Positions 49,899-64,000 of a stretch of 64,000 bases of DNA are shown piece after piece. The notes beneath the pieces are model-generated. The model searched no databases and was not told where the DNA came from. It saw nothing but the letters and a program-made list of their open reading frames with translations. The DNA comes from Salpingoeca rosetta. Its lineage: Eukaryota; Protista; Choanoflagellata. The position numbers and the translations under genes are program-made. Location: contig JAWQFM010000001.1 of NCBI GenBank assembly GCA_033442325.1, forward strand, positions 1,312,337 to 1,376,336. The letters run 5' to 3'. Every line of letters starts with the position of its first letter. Positions within the stretch are counted from its first letter, which is position 1.

Positions 49899-51284
49899 TA
49901 TGTCGCCCCTGTGCCATTGCAGAGCGGCGCGACCCTGACCATCGTCGACCCGTCGTACCCGGCCACTCGCCAGGTTTGTCTGGCCACCAGCGCACCTGCC
50001 CATGCACACCTGCATGTCCCCCTGCATCGTTATGTTTTGTAGCTGTCGTTGCGCATGTGCTGACGGTATGGGGAGGTGGCGCCCACCGCATGCAGATGAC
50101 GTATCTCGACGTGGCCCGGCCGCGCGCCATTGTCATCATCAGCGCCGCCGGCCAGCTCGGCCCAGAGGTATGCACGCCCTTGCACCCGCACACACCACAC
50201 GCAACAAGACACAGGCACACACACAGGCACACACACACACATGTCGCATGGCTGTGACTGCACGTTACCATGATTGTGAAGCCGCTCACTGCCTTCACGC
50301 CTGGTGTACGCTCACGACAGGTGCAGAAGTACATTGAAGAGAAGTTGGACATTCAGCTGCAGCACACTCTCCTTCCTCCTAGCGGTGGGTCGTACATACC
50401 TGTGTGTGCTTGTAAGTGTGTGCTTGTAAGTGTGTATTTGTTTGTGTGTGTGTTTGTGTTTGTGTGTGTGTTTGGACTCGGGTGACTTTCTCTTCGCGCT
50501 TGTTTCGTGCATGTCAAGCTCGTGAGTCACTGTACACACGCAGGACATTCCCATCTTCCACGTTCGTGACTCACTTTACCACCCCATTTCAAATTGGGCA
50601 GAGCTTGGAGGCCTCGCGGATGTGTCTGATGAGTCCCCGGGAGTGGAAGTTCAGCCCGATGACATTGCCACGCTCTCATTCACGTCCGGCAGGTAAAACC
50701 GCACACACACACACACACATGCATACTTGTGAACATGTACAGCTGTTGTTGGACTTGAGTGTACCCGCATCTCACATCCCTTGTGTATATGTGATGTGTG
50801 TGTGTGTTCGTCCACCACTAGCACTGGAAAGCCCAAAGGCGTGCGTGGGCGCCACGTGTCACTGACACACTTCTACCCGTGGATGGGCCAGGAGTTTAAG
50901 CTGTCTGCCGATGACAGGTATGCTGCTGCCTTTGTCGACACCCCGCCCCACCCAGTTCTTGTGGTGGTCCTGCACTGATCAGCCCATTGCCGCCAACGCC
51001 GTCGTTGTCACTGCTGCCGTCTCATTGCGCAGTTTCCGTTTGTATCCACACTCACCGCGGTTGATGCTGCTTCTGCTGTTGCCACTCCTTCAACCCCTAC
51101 ATCTGCTGCCGCTACTGCAATTGCCCGCGGCCATGCTCTGCAGGTTTACGATGCTGTCTGGGATTGCGCACGACCCAATCCAGCGCGATGTCTTCACCCC
51201 AATCTTCTTTGGCGCTTCCATCCACATCCCACACGGTCTCAGAACGAGCGAAATGCGAGAGAGACAGGCACAGAAAGAGAGAGA

Positions 51285-51318
<34 letters not shown>

Positions 51319-51647
51319 CTGTTTGAATGGAAGTGCGGATGTTGTCCAGGCACATAGGCACTGCTAAGCTCACATGTGCTGGATCTGCTCTTATCTGCAC
51401 ACTTTCACACATTCTCACCCATCTACATCCCCCACACTCACACGCACACGCACACACGCGAATTACTGGCGACAGCGGACGACATTGGCAATCCCGGCGC
51501 GCTTGCGGAGTGGGCAGTGAAGAGCGCAGTGACCGTGATGCACCTGACGCCGGCCATGGGGCAGCTGCTGATGGCAAATGCTTTTGTCCGCATGCAGGAC
51601 TTGCGACGCGTCTTCTTTGTCGGCGACATCCTCACCAAGTGCGTGGC

Positions 51648-51701
<54 letters not shown>

Positions 51702-54700
51702 AGTAGTAGTTGTTGTTGTTGTTGTTGATGTTGTTGATGTTGTTTTGTTGTTTCTCCTCCTCCTCCTCCCCCTCCTCCTCCTCCTCCTCCCCCCCCTCCC
51801 TCCTCCTCCTCCTCCTCCTCCTCCTCCCTCCTCTTCTCGCACGCCTTGCTGCGGGACACACACCCCTGCTCTGCTCACTGCATATTCACCCTGCGTGTTG
51901 CCGCCCCGCCCACCCCCCCCCGCAACCTTTTGCAAGGCGAGATGCGCTGCGGCTGAAGCAACTTGCGCCAGAGTGTTGGATTGTCAACATGTACGGCACA
52001 ACAGAGACGCAGCGTGCTGTCTCGTACAAGGTACGGTCATGTGCTCCCCGTTGCTTGGTGCCTACCGCTTGGTGTGCATGCATGTGTACGTGTGCTATTG
52101 TGCATGCCGCTCCTCATGTTTCGCACTTTGTACGATCCGCAGTGCCTGCGAGAATTTGCTGATATCCAGCGCGAGAAGGACGTAAGTATTGACTTGGGAA
52201 ACAATCCCTGACTTTGCCGCCTTTGCTTTGGCCTTTGCTCTCGTGACCCTGCCTCTGAGCCATGTATGAAGCGACGAATGCTTCCTCGCCGCTTTCGTGT
52301 ACCTTCGAGAACTACCAACACTGTTCGCTCATACATGCCATCTGGCTTTGCTCCCGTGCCCCACCTCCACTCGGTTTTGCTCATGCTCCTTCTTGCCAAT
52401 GCACAGATTGTTTCGGCTGGTGTCGGCATGAAAGACGTTGAGCTGTTGGGTGCGTTGTTGCCCCACTTGACACTTCTGATGCCGGTTCCTCCCAGCCGTG
52501 CTGATCACACACACACACACACACACACACAGAGCACACACACACGCGCACGCACACACACACGCACACACACACCACGCACGCAGGCAGGCACGCACAC
52601 TCTGTGTAGCCACACATTGCCGGATGCTCACTGCGCGCCACTTGCTGTTGATGTGTATACAGTGCTGGATGAGAACATGCGCGTGTGCGCTGTTGGCCAG
52701 CTCGGGGAGCTGTATGTGCGCTCGCCCCACCTCAGCGCAGGCTACCTTGGCCTCCCAGAGGAAACAAACAAGAAGTTCATCGTAAACCCGGTTCGACAGG
52801 CACTGTTTGTGTCGCCGCGCTGTCATGCCTTGGACGCACACATCCACAGTACATTTGTACCCACAGCACCTATCCTCCACGAGCGCTCTCTCATGCAATG
52901 TGTTCCCTCACTCAATTCTCGCACACGTGCGTGCGTGTGTGCATGTTTGGGTGGGCAGTTTACGAACAACACGCGGGACCGGCTGTACCGCACGGGGGAT
53001 CTCGGGCGCTTCCATGGCGACATGTCTGTGGAGTGCATTGGCCGCGCCGACGACCAGATCAAGATTCGCGGTTTCAGGATTGAGCTGGGAGAGATTGACA
53101 GCCACCTCAGCCGCCACCCGCACGTGAGCCGCTTGCCGCTTTGCCCTGTTGGTGGTGGTGTCCATGGTGTGCGCGGTGGTGGTGGTGGTGGTGTTGTTGC
53201 TGCTTTGTCGATGCGCCTGCGCACATGTATCGTGTACTGGACCTCACGGCAGTGTGGCTTTGCGTTGTGGACTTGCTTCCGTGTCCACGCTGCTCTGGGT
53301 AACAGGTCCGCGAGAACAAGACGCTTGTTATGCGTGATCGGAACGAGGAGAAGCAGATTGTCGCGTTCTTCGTCCCACACGTGCGCTGACTCGCACACTG
53401 CGTACTCTTGACTTGCACACTGGGAGTTCTAACATACACATTATGTGCTCGCTTGGGCACATCCCTTGTTGCGCTCCACTGAACAACCACCCCTTGGCTT
53501 TGTCCCTTACCATGGTTTGGCGCACTCATGTCTGCACACACTCACACGGCCAACTTTTCTGCCGTATCATTCCTGCTGTTCCCGTTTGTCTCTGTCAGGA
53601 GAGCGGAGAGTATGACATTACCTCGATCCGCGAGCACATGAAGAAGCACGTGCCAGGCTACGCCGTGCCCTCTGGTTGGTCGCCACATTTTATAATTTTT
53701 TTCTTCCTCTTCCTTTGCTAGCATGCCTCAGCCATGATTCGCAGCTAACTCTTGTGTGTGTGCGTGTGTGTGTCTGTGTGTGTGTGCGTGTGTGTGTGTC
53801 TGTGTGTCTGTGTGTGCGTGTGCGTGTGCGTGTCTGTGTGCTTTCCCCTCCCCTGAATTGCAGTGTTTTATCCGCTGAAGATGATGCCGCTGACGCCAAA
53901 CGGCAAAGTCGACAAGTCGCGTCTGCCTTTCCCAGACTCGGCCATCATCCTTCTCAACAGAACCAATAAGGAGGTCCGTGCGCCGCATGCGGGTTTGCCA
54001 CTTGCGGGGCGGCAGCGCTTGTATCAACACCTGCACACGTACACATGTCGCTTTGAACCTTGCGGTCTCTTGTTTTGAATGCACACACAGCGATGATCTG
54101 TCGTCCTGCTTTGGATGCCAACACTCCCGCTCAAACGCTTTCGCTGACGCAATTGCACTGCGTACACCACCGCGTGCCCATTCATTTGTTCATTCCACAG
54201 GCTGCACTTGACCGCGAACTGACGGAGACGGAGCAGAAGATCAAGGACGTGTTCGCCATGCACCTCGGTGGGCACGCACACACACACACACGCACACACA
54301 ACAAGGCCGTGTGACTGACATGGAAGTGCCCCACGTCCTGTTTGTGTTGCTCATGGTGCTTGTGCTGACGTCTGGCAACCATGCTGACATGCCAGTGTTC
54401 TGCCATTCTTACGCCCCGCACCATTTCATCATCAACACCACAACACACCACAGATGGCCCAATTGGCCTTGATGACAACTTCTTTGACATTGGCGGGCAC
54501 TCTATCCTCGCCACCATCGTCACATTCAAGCTGCGAACGGCCCTGTTTCAGGTGTGCATGTGCGCGTGCGTACACCAATCACCTTCGTGTCGTTGCTGCT
54601 CTGGCTCCCTTGGTCACTCATCACTCCAAACACGGATGTATTGGATGTGCATCTCATCATCTGCCCTGGTTCTTGTTGACGTTGTTCATCACTACATGCA

Positions 54701-55997
54701 CAGGAGTTGCCAATCAATGTCTTGTACAAGTACCCGACAATCAGATCGCTCGCCACCGTTGTTACGGTAATACATACACACATGTGCTCTTAGTCCCCGC
54801 GCGCAACTGCATTTCACCTGTGAGCGCTGATGTCCCACTTGCGCGCACACACCCACTCGTCAGTAGCCGTTTCCACCTAACTGGGGTTGTTTTTGTGCCG
54901 TTGTTGTGCATTGCAGGAATTGAACACGAACGAAAGCACCATGTCGCCGCATTCGCGCGACCATCACGAGACGCTTGATCTGGAGGCAGAGACGGCGTTG
55001 GATCCACGCATCAACGGATCCGGGAAAAGCGTTCGCCAGAATGTCATCGGCAAGAACGTCTTGCTCACTGGCGCAACGGTACGTCACACACACACACACA
55101 TGCACATGTGCACGCGGGTTGTGCAGTTTCACCTTGTCACAACACAGCAGCAGCCCTTGCTCACAGTGTCATCCATGTGTTGCGGTGATGCCACAGGGGT
55201 TCCTCGGAGCGCACCTGCTGCATGATCTGCTTGCAGCGACGGAGCCCAAAGGCGGACGCGTCATCTGTCTCGTTCGCGCACAGAACGAGGAGCACGGCCT
55301 GCACCGCATCGTTGCCAGCCTCAAGTACGTCATGACACACGCACACATACACACAAGCGCATACACCAGCGCGCGCACACACACACTCACACGCACACAC
55401 GAGCATTTCGGCCGCTGTGAGATAAAGCTGTTTACTTCATCAATTTCTTTTATCCTCACCAGTTCTTTATTCTCACGCACCCGCCGTGCTGCTGTTGCCG
55501 TGCGTGTCATGTTCTGTTGCGTGTAGGGCGTACGCGCTCTATGATGTGTCGCTGCTGAGCCGCATCATTGTGCTGGTGGGCGACTTGGGACAGGAAAACT
55601 TTGGCTTGACCCCAGAGGCCTTTGAGAAGCTCGCGTCGGAGATTACCTGCATCTTCCACAACGGTATGCGCGCGTGTGTGTATGTTTGTTTGTGTACGTG
55701 ATCAAAAGAAAGCGATCGGCATGCACCTCGCACCCTCGCTGTTCGTACTTACTGCCACCGTGTTATGTATGCATGTGTGTGTGATCAACGTTCGATGCTG
55801 GGCGATTGTTTGGCTGTTTTTGCTGTTTGCTGCGTCTCCATGAATCTCTTCAGCTCATGGTACTTGCCGGTTGCTTGCTTGTTGTGTTTGATGCGCAGGC
55901 GCGATGGTCCACTGGGTGTACCCATACTCCAAGCTCAAGGCCGCCAACGTACAGGGCACATCGGAGATTCTTCGCCTCGCCTGCATCGGTGTGTGTG

Positions 55998-56056
<59 letters not shown>

Positions 56057-57917
56057 GAGTTCTTGCCTTTTGGCTTTGTTGTGTTGTTAGGCTTGACATC
56101 ATGAGTCGTTGTTGATCCCTACCATGTCTGGTCTTTGCATGATGACGGGCGCACAGGCGAAGAGCTGATCAAGGTCATCTTTGTGTCGTCGACGTCGGTG
56201 TATGACTCGTAAGTCAAAGCACGCGGCGTCTTCCTTTCGCTCTTTACGCATTCCTTGCGTGCACCGCCTACATTCACGGACACCCAGCCCTCTCTGTCCA
56301 TCCCTTCCCCTTTCTTCCCCTTCTCCTTTCTTCCCTTCCCTTTTCCTCCCTTTTCTCCCTTTTCTCCCCTTTCTCCCCTTCTCCTTTCTTGCCCTTGCCA
56401 ACCTTTCTTCCTTCTTTTTCATTTTCGCCTTTGCTATGCCTATCTAACTCATTCCATTCCCTTGCATCCCCCTGCTGTTTATCTGCCTGCATGCTCGTGT
56501 GCAAACGTGCGGCAGGCCCACGTACATGCAAATGCGCGTTGTAAGCGAGGACGCGCCGCTTATCGCTGGCGATGAACTGACCACGGGCTACGGTACGTGC
56601 TCACTCGAATGTGTGCGGTGCTTCCAAGAAGAGTGTATTTCGGGGAGGTGTGGGTGTATATATCATCCATGCTCGATGCAGCAAAGTCTTATTTTCGGCT
56701 TGCACTCGCTCACACACCCATACACGCTCACACGCACACACACATGCGCTGATTTTGATTCTCACTGCGTGTGGTGGCATGACAGCGCAATCCAAATGGG
56801 TTGCGGAGAAGCTGTGCGAGAAAGCACGTGCGAGGAACATTCCTGTCACCGTCTTCCGCCCAGGATACATTTTCGGCAACTCCTCGTACGTTGCTCAGCA
56901 CCTGCTGTTGCTTGCTGCTGTTGTTGTTGTGCTGCTGTTGCTTGCTGCTGCTGCTGCTGTTGTTGTGGTTGTTGTTGTGACTGGTGTTTCTCACAATTAC
57001 ACGCGCATACACACACAACATTACACATGCACACACGCACGAGCAGGACCGGTGTGATGAATCTGGACGACTACCTTGTTCGCTTCTTGAAAGCGTGTGT
57101 TGAGGTTGGCTCGCACCCGGCGATCCACAGCCGCATCAACATGCACTGCGTTGACTTTGTGTCTCGCACCATTGTTGAGGTGGGCTGGAACACGGAGCCA
57201 ATGGGAGCCTGCTTCAACTTCTGGACACCAGACACCATTCCCACCTACAGGACACTCGGCTTTGCGTTGCGAAGCAATGGCTTTGATGTCGTCGAAAAGG
57301 TGCGGCGTGCAGTTGTGAACGAACGCTCTGCCATTTCGGCCACGCTGTGTAAGTGGCATGACACGCCACCGCTATGCATTGCCATGCTGCTGTTGGAAGA
57401 CGGCACTTTCGTTTGGCTCACGCGGCTGTGCTGTCGGGGTGGTTGTGTGTTGTGGACGTGCAGCCGTATCGCACCTGGAGTGAAGACGTCTACAAGCGCG
57501 CTGTTGAGCAGGGGGACAAGAGCTTCTCCTTGTTTCCGCTCTTGCATTTCGTCCTTGACGACCTTCCCACCCGCTCGCAGCCGGCCACCCTCTCCTGGTA
57601 AGCACCTTGACACTCTGTGTGGGTGTGATGTATGTGTGTGTATGTGTATGTGTAGGCTTGCTGGGTTGAATGTACATGTTTGTGAGCACGCCACTTGTAT
57701 GTAGCGTGCCTCCCTCTTTTTTTCGATGATGTTCCGGCGCAACAGCCCGTCGTGATCACCACCCTGTCCTCCCTTACATTCTCCTCCACATGCACGCATT
57801 TGAAACGTACCCAGTGCAAATCTGGAGAGTGCACTGAAGAAAGTCAGCGAGATTTCGCACACAGACCCAGAAATCCCCGTCACCATGACCTCCTTCGACA
57901 AATTCGTCGGATTCCTG

Positions 57918-57991
<74 letters not shown>

Positions 57992-58193
57992 GTCTAATTT
58001 CCTGCATGCTCTGTGTTGTGTGGTATGCACTTCTACTCACGTCACGACACCACATGCCCTCGTGTACGATTGGTGATGTTTATTTCAGATCCACGTGAAC
58101 TACCTCCCCCGCTTGCATCCAGATCGCTACACAGGGGTGAACCTTCCATCATACGCCCAAGGCATGGTTAGGGCTGACACACATTCGATGTAG
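46573..58193 (+). CDS. LYS2: L-2-aminoadipate reductase (Lys2): condensation-like/ADA, adenylation, PCP and thioester reductase domains; more than 30 exons
   Basis: Adenylation motifs [126 protein letters not shown]. Reductase [43 protein letters not shown]. Confidence 0.95.
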
Positions 58194-58284
58194 GCGCCTG
58201 AGCGACGTGCTGTCTTCGACACACACGCACACACACACACACACACACATACACACACACGGGGATAAAACAACACACGAAAAA

Positions 58285-58337
<53 letters not shown>

Positions 58338-58540
58338 CACACACGCGCGCGCGCGCGCAATCTCTCCGTTACGTGGTCGTCTTCTTCTTGTTCTTCTTTT
58401 GTTCTGTTCTCTCACTCGTTCATGCCGCGTGTGACACCTGTCACCCGTCTCCACCATGATCTGAGTTGATGCTGTCGGTGTTGCCTGGTGTCCTGGTTTT
58501 CCATCCATAAACGGTCCCTGAGTCTCTCGCATGCGAGCTG

Positions 58541-58600
<60 letters not shown>

Positions 58601-58851
58601 GTTCACATGTGTGTTTGGGGGAGGGAGATTTATTCCATCACTTGCTGCGGTTATCGGATTGTGTATTGAGGTCCATGCGAACAAACTTATCAGCATCGTG
58701 AAGACGGATGCCATGGACCAAAGAAAGCGATGAACAAATACTGGTGTGGATTGGCGGCCGGCGCCAGATAAAAATTAACACTTCACACGCACACACGCAC
58801 GCACACACGCACAGATACAACAGCATTACAGGTGCAGTGCGACCGGGGTCG

Positions 58852-61800
58852 TTACAAGCGCGAAGTTGAAATGCTGCTGCTGTTGTTGCTGTCGTCATCA
58901 TCGCCACGACGACGACGCCAGCGACGATTGCGCACACCGCCTTCACGTGGAACGCGCACGTTTGCAGTGGCCAGGGACAGGTTGCGATGAGCTGTGCCGC
59001 TGGGAAGCTCCACCAGCATTGTCACCAGCGACGACTGGTTCCCCCTGCAAGATAGACAACACACGCGCGCACGCAGGCCAGTGATGAGCAACGGCATCAA
59101 TACAAACAAAGAATGACAAGAGCAGCAGGGTCAAAACACGTGCGCGAAATGAAAACGAACATCAAAATGCCGCTCGTAAGTTGGCGGCTGCAACCATAAA
59201 GTGTATGGCACGCACCGCGTTGGCTGGGAGGCGATGGGTGTTGGCTGCAGTTCGCCGGTGGAGATGGCGTTTGCCACGTTCACGGCGGCGTCGCCAGAAA
59301 TAACCGGAGGGCCCCACGCCAGCAGCAGCTTTCCCATTGGCCGTCGCGCAAGCGTCTGCACCAACACCATCACCAGGAGCAGAGCGCAAGCATCAGTTGC
59401 GTGTTGCGAAAAGGTAGGGAGAGTGCGGTGGTGGCACAGAGGCATACATCAAACAAAATGCATCAAGAAACAAAACGCATCAAGAAGCATGATACGTCGC
59501 TGACACTACAGCACAGCACGCTTACAGGCACACGCACACACACACACACACACAAGCGCATGTGTGCACTGCATTCGCCTCACATACACCACACACGCGC
59601 GCGTTGCGTATAGCGCACTCACACACACACACACACACTCACACACTCACACACACACTCACACACACATATGTGTGTGTACACACCTGCATCTGTGTTT
59701 GCTCTTGGATTGTGGTTGCACGCTCCGACAGGACGACGTGGATCTTGGATGCGCCAATCACAACGCCGGCAAACAGGAAAAACGCGGAGAAGAAGACGGT
59801 GAAGAACACCACAAGATCAATGCTCACCACAGGCTGCGTAAAATAAAACAGCACAGACGTCGCGTTTGCCCCCGTGTTGTGCAGCGCAACGAAGAATCTG
59901 TCCTCGGCAAACCGGTACGCCTTGTACTTTGCAACGAAGAGGGTGCGGCGTTCCACATCCTCCGCAAACACGGGCGCCTGCCCAAACTCCAGCTGGTGGG
60001 TTCTCTCGTCGACAGTCACGTTGGCGTCACGCAGCACGTACATGCGCACACGCGACGGCAGCGCGCGATCAACCTCCGCAAACAGCCGCATGTTGACGTT
60101 GGTGAACTTGGGCGTAATCTCAAATGTGATGAGGTCCCCGGGGCCCAGCTGCTGCTGCACAGCAACATCGGCAGATGGCACGACAAAGCATGGGCGCCCG
60201 TCGCGCGGATCACCAGACAGCTGCAGCACGACGCCGCTGTAGGACTGCGAGTCCATGCACGTGTCGCACTGCGCATGGTAGCACGAACCATACTCGTCTT
60301 CGTCGCAGTTGTTGGCCGAGCTCAGCGTGTTGTCCTTGCACTGGCACTCCTCGCCCGTGATTGAGTTACACACGCTGCTGTGGCCATTGCACTGACATGG
60401 CACGCACGAGCTGTTGACGGTGCTGGCATTCTGCTCAATGTAGTCCAGGGGCGCCAACCCGGCGTCGCGTGCGCTCTTGAGAATGGCGGGATCCAGGAAA
60501 TGGCCCTGCATGCACTGCTCGCAGTAGCTGCCGCGTGACGGGTATGAGCAGTTGCGACACACGGGCTCATTCTCCTGCCCAGGAAGAGGCACGGCATTGG
60601 GCCGGCAGTGGACCGAGTGCCCATTGCACACCTGCAAGCATGACAGACACGTCCCGTTACCCTCGGCAGCGCCGTGGAACCCGTCTTGGCAGCGCTCGCA
60701 GTCCGGCCCCTCCGTGTTGTCGAGACAGGCGCTGCGCGCGCTGGTATCGCTGCACGTGCAGTGGCCGTTGCAGCCGCAGTTGGAGGTGCAGTTTCGCCCG
60801 TACCAGCCCTGGTAGCAATCGCACACGTCTGGCCGGGAGCAGAATCCGTTCACGCAACCGTAGGTGCTGCACACCGCAGCGCAGGTCACCCCGTCGTCAA
60901 GCAGCGTGTAGTTGGCCGGGCACAGGCACCGGTACCCGCGAGAGCCGGGCACGAGGCGTGGGTCCTCATTGATGCAGACAGCAATGTCGCTACAAAGCGC
61001 AGTCCCAAGCGCACACTCGTCCACATCCGGGCAGTCGATGCTGTTCCACGTCGTGTGGTTGAGCGTGTCTTCGGGCACCCGCGCCAGGATGGCGGTCCCA
61101 TCACTATCGTCGTCGTCGTCGTTGTTGCGAAATGCAGCAGGGAGGGCGAGGGCTGCCTCACCAACGACGCTGCGCAGCGCACCACTGCATGTGCTTGAGG
61201 TGTTGAACGCGTAGATACCAGGGCCTGCGAGTGTTCCTTGGAGACACTGACCAGTGCCGTTCAGGCCAGGGTCCGCACACCACCCGCAGCGTGCCATGGC
61301 CAAGCAGTCGTCGCACTCGCTCGCATCCTGGCAGTCCAGGATGGGGCACGTTGAAGCCTCGCCCGCATAGCGGAAGCACTGTCCAAACGCAAACTCCGTG
61401 GTCACGGTGGCTGAGGAGACACACGACTGCGTGCCCTCGCACCACACGCACCCGCTCTGCGTCGCACAATCGCCGCACGTGGTGTGAACGGTGCAGGAGG
61501 GGAGGCACACGGCATCCACGTCCACAGGGGTGGTGGCCGGCGCTGCTCGCTCTGCGCACACACCCTGGCCAACGGTGCACGCTGGGTCGGAGAGACAGGA
61601 GCGGCACGTCATGAGGTGGGAGCAGTCGCCACACGCGTCACTCGAGCTATCAAAGACCACAGGCGAGGACTGCGGGCACGCAGCGGCGTCGCTGGTCGCC
61701 GCACAGCTGGTCGTGCTGGGACAGTACTCGCACGCATCGTGTGACACACACGCGCGGCACTCGTCCTGGGAGAAGAGGCCACGAGACCGGGAGCGATCGG

Positions 61801-64000
61801 TGCACTGGGCCGCCGCTGCATCGGTGAAGGGCGAGGTGCAGTTGCGCAGACCCGCACCCGACGCCACCACGCACGCACTGGCGGTGGCGTTCCAAACACA
61901 CGAAGGGTCGTCATCACAGTTGCGAACGGATAAGTGGAACGCGCAGTACTCGGCACGCGGGCGGTACACGTACACGTCGTTGAGGGCGGACGTGGAGACA
62001 CCACCGAATATGAGCACCTCACCGCTCGGCAGAGCAACGGCCTGGTGCGCTTTCCGCAGCAGCGGAACCAGCGATGCTGTCATATCACCATCGCTGCCTG
62101 AGGTGGCAGCTGCCTCGGCCGCAGCCGTGGTGTCTGCAATCCACTTCCCGCAGGGGATGTTGAAGATGAGCGTCTCGTCAGAGTGGCACATGTTCTGTGT
62201 TCGGTGCAGAAACGGGTTTCCGCCGTGCACCACCAGGTAGTCGCCAACAACAGCTGCCGCGTGCTGCGAGCGCGCAATGCAGGATGCGCTTTCACAGAAG
62301 ATGGGCGCTGTTGATGCGACCCGCCACGCGTTGGTGCTGAGGTCAAACATGCGCATGACTGCATTGCGCACGGGGTCCCGCAGCGTGCCCGGCGACACGT
62401 ACCGCCGCCCGCCAAAGAGGATGAGCTGGTTGCGCGCTGCGTCGTGCACGAGCGTGGCGGCAAAGTGCCCGTCCGGCCGCGACCCGAACGTCGACACCCG
62501 CGTCCACACGCTGCTGCCCAAGTCAAGCGCGTACAGCGTCGCTGCCAACCCAACATCCTGTGAAAGGCCACCAAACACATAGAGGGTGTTGTCGACGCGA
62601 GCCGCACAGTGGCCTGCGGTGGCTGGCGGCGCGTCCCCGCTCGTTGACACGTGCGTCCAGGCCTGCTTGTCGAGCGACAAACGCCAGACGTCGTTGGTGT
62701 ATGTGGCGGGCCCCGTTGCGCCACCCATGACAAACAAGCGGTCGTCAAACCACGCCGACACGTGCAGGTGTCGCCCTGCCGGTGTGAGGGAGCTGGGCGC
62801 CATCTCAAACTCCGACCACACCCGCGTGTCCAAGTCAAGCACCCACGTGTCCCCGAGGTATTCATTGCCGCGCAGGCCACCAAACACCCACAGCTGCGTG
62901 CCTGCGGCGTTCAGCACGGCCGTGTGCCCCGATCGCCCCACAGGTGCCGCAGCACCAGCACCACCAGCATCACCAGCATCACCAGCACTGCCGACAAGGA
63001 GCGGGCGCCACACCCCTGGTTGCTCCTGCGCACTGCAGTCGCGTCCGGTGTAGCCAGGTGTGCATACGCACGCCGTCCGCGCAGCGTTGCACGTGCCCTG
63101 GCCCATGTGCTCTGAGCAGTTGCGAGGGCAGTTTTCAGCAGCGCAGGCGTCGCCCGACCAGCCGGGGTCGCAGCGGCAGCGGCCTGTTCCATCGCACGAC
63201 CCGTGGCCAGAGCACAGCGCAGGGCACTCCTCAATGGCGTACGTGGCCTCCAGGCCCCGCAGCTCGTAGCTGATGTCCGAGAACAACACCACCAGCACCT
63301 CGCCCGTGTACGAATACACGGTTGTTGTGGGCAGCTCCCCGTTGAGCATGGCCAGCACCTTCGACGAATGCGGCGCAGCGCCGTCAAACACGTGCACGTA
63401 GTCGTATGCACACTCTACAGAGACAAACTCAAACGTGACGCGAATGCTGTGGTTTGCGGGCGCACGTATCAGCCACATGCACGATGTGTCTGAGGTGTGG
63501 GTGCTGCGGACGTCCGTGTGGGTCCCAAAGCCGGCAGCAGGCTCCACCAGCGCAACGCGGCTCGTCCACCCGACAGCGTTGTAGGCGCGGTCGTCGTATC
63601 GGCAGCCAGCGTAGCACCGCCCGTTGCGCCGGTAGAACCCAGGCTGACACTGCTCGCAGCTGTCGCCAGCAGCGTAGTTGGTGCAGTAGCACACACCGGT
63701 TGATGGGTCACACGTGCCCTTTGCAGCGTCACCGTTGCCGTTGCACTCGCACGCACGACAGCCAACACCCGGGTCGGTCGCATTACCGTAAAACCCGGGA
63801 GCACACGTCCCGCACTGCGGACCTGTGGTGTTGTGCAGGCACACAGGACAGACGCCGAATGTGGTGGCGTTGGTGCACTCTGCGTTGAAGTTGCACCCGC
63901 AGTCCACGTCACAGGTGGCACCTGCCCAGCCCACGTCGCACGTGCACTGGTCAGGCGCTGTGCAAGTGCCGTGCACACATGCATTCGTGCACTGCGGCAT
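58852..64000 (-). CDS. MEGF8: MEGF8/attractin-family single-pass membrane protein, 3' part (5' part lies beyond the window)
   Basis: Exon from beyond 64000 to 59687 encodes EGF/laminin-EGF, CUB (CMWLI...ECAYDYVHVFDG), EGF, kelch repeats (GRSGHTA, FGG), PSI repeats, Ca-EGF (CPDVDEC), laminin-EGF and the TM IDLVVFFTVFFSAFFLF. Exons 59355-59216 and 59044-58852 give the tail TLARRPM...PIASQPTRGNQSSLVTMLVELP...LSLATA. Confidence 0.88.

Overview
Eukaryotic, gene-dense, intron-rich genomic DNA with (CA)n/(GT)n/(CAA)n microsatellites in most introns and two N-gaps. The style and the gene set (fungal-type Lys2 together with animal-type STIL, MEGF8, synergin gamma and novel PKC) point to a choanoflagellate such as Salpingoeca rosetta; this is an inference. 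Eleven spliced genes were reconstructed by hand: SAP30BP/HCNGP (3' part, +), YKT6 (-, one exon out of order next to a gap), a protein of at least 1,429 aa with four tandem extended Costars/ABRACL units (-), STIL (+), synergin gamma (-), DEPDC5/Iml1 (+), V-ATPase c subunit (-), cytosolic-type sulfotransferase (+), novel-type PKC (+), alpha-aminoadipate reductase Lys2 (+) and the 3' part of a MEGF8-like receptor (-). The best candidate for an undescribed system is the 19-exon tetra-Costars protein. Each unit has an acidic LD-like helix, an R[KR]LS kinase-site cap, a Costars core and a DT-YT[YF]xx[VI]R tail, and the units share intron positions. Other notable items are Cys-rich luminal extensions on the V-ATPase c subunit, a PKC without a C2 domain, a STIL ending in a half STAN motif, about 25 FGxF adaptor-binding motifs in synergin, and a TGA(3-5)TTT motif shared by all three head-to-head promoters. 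All gene models are manual and need RNA-seq confirmation. No database searches were run.
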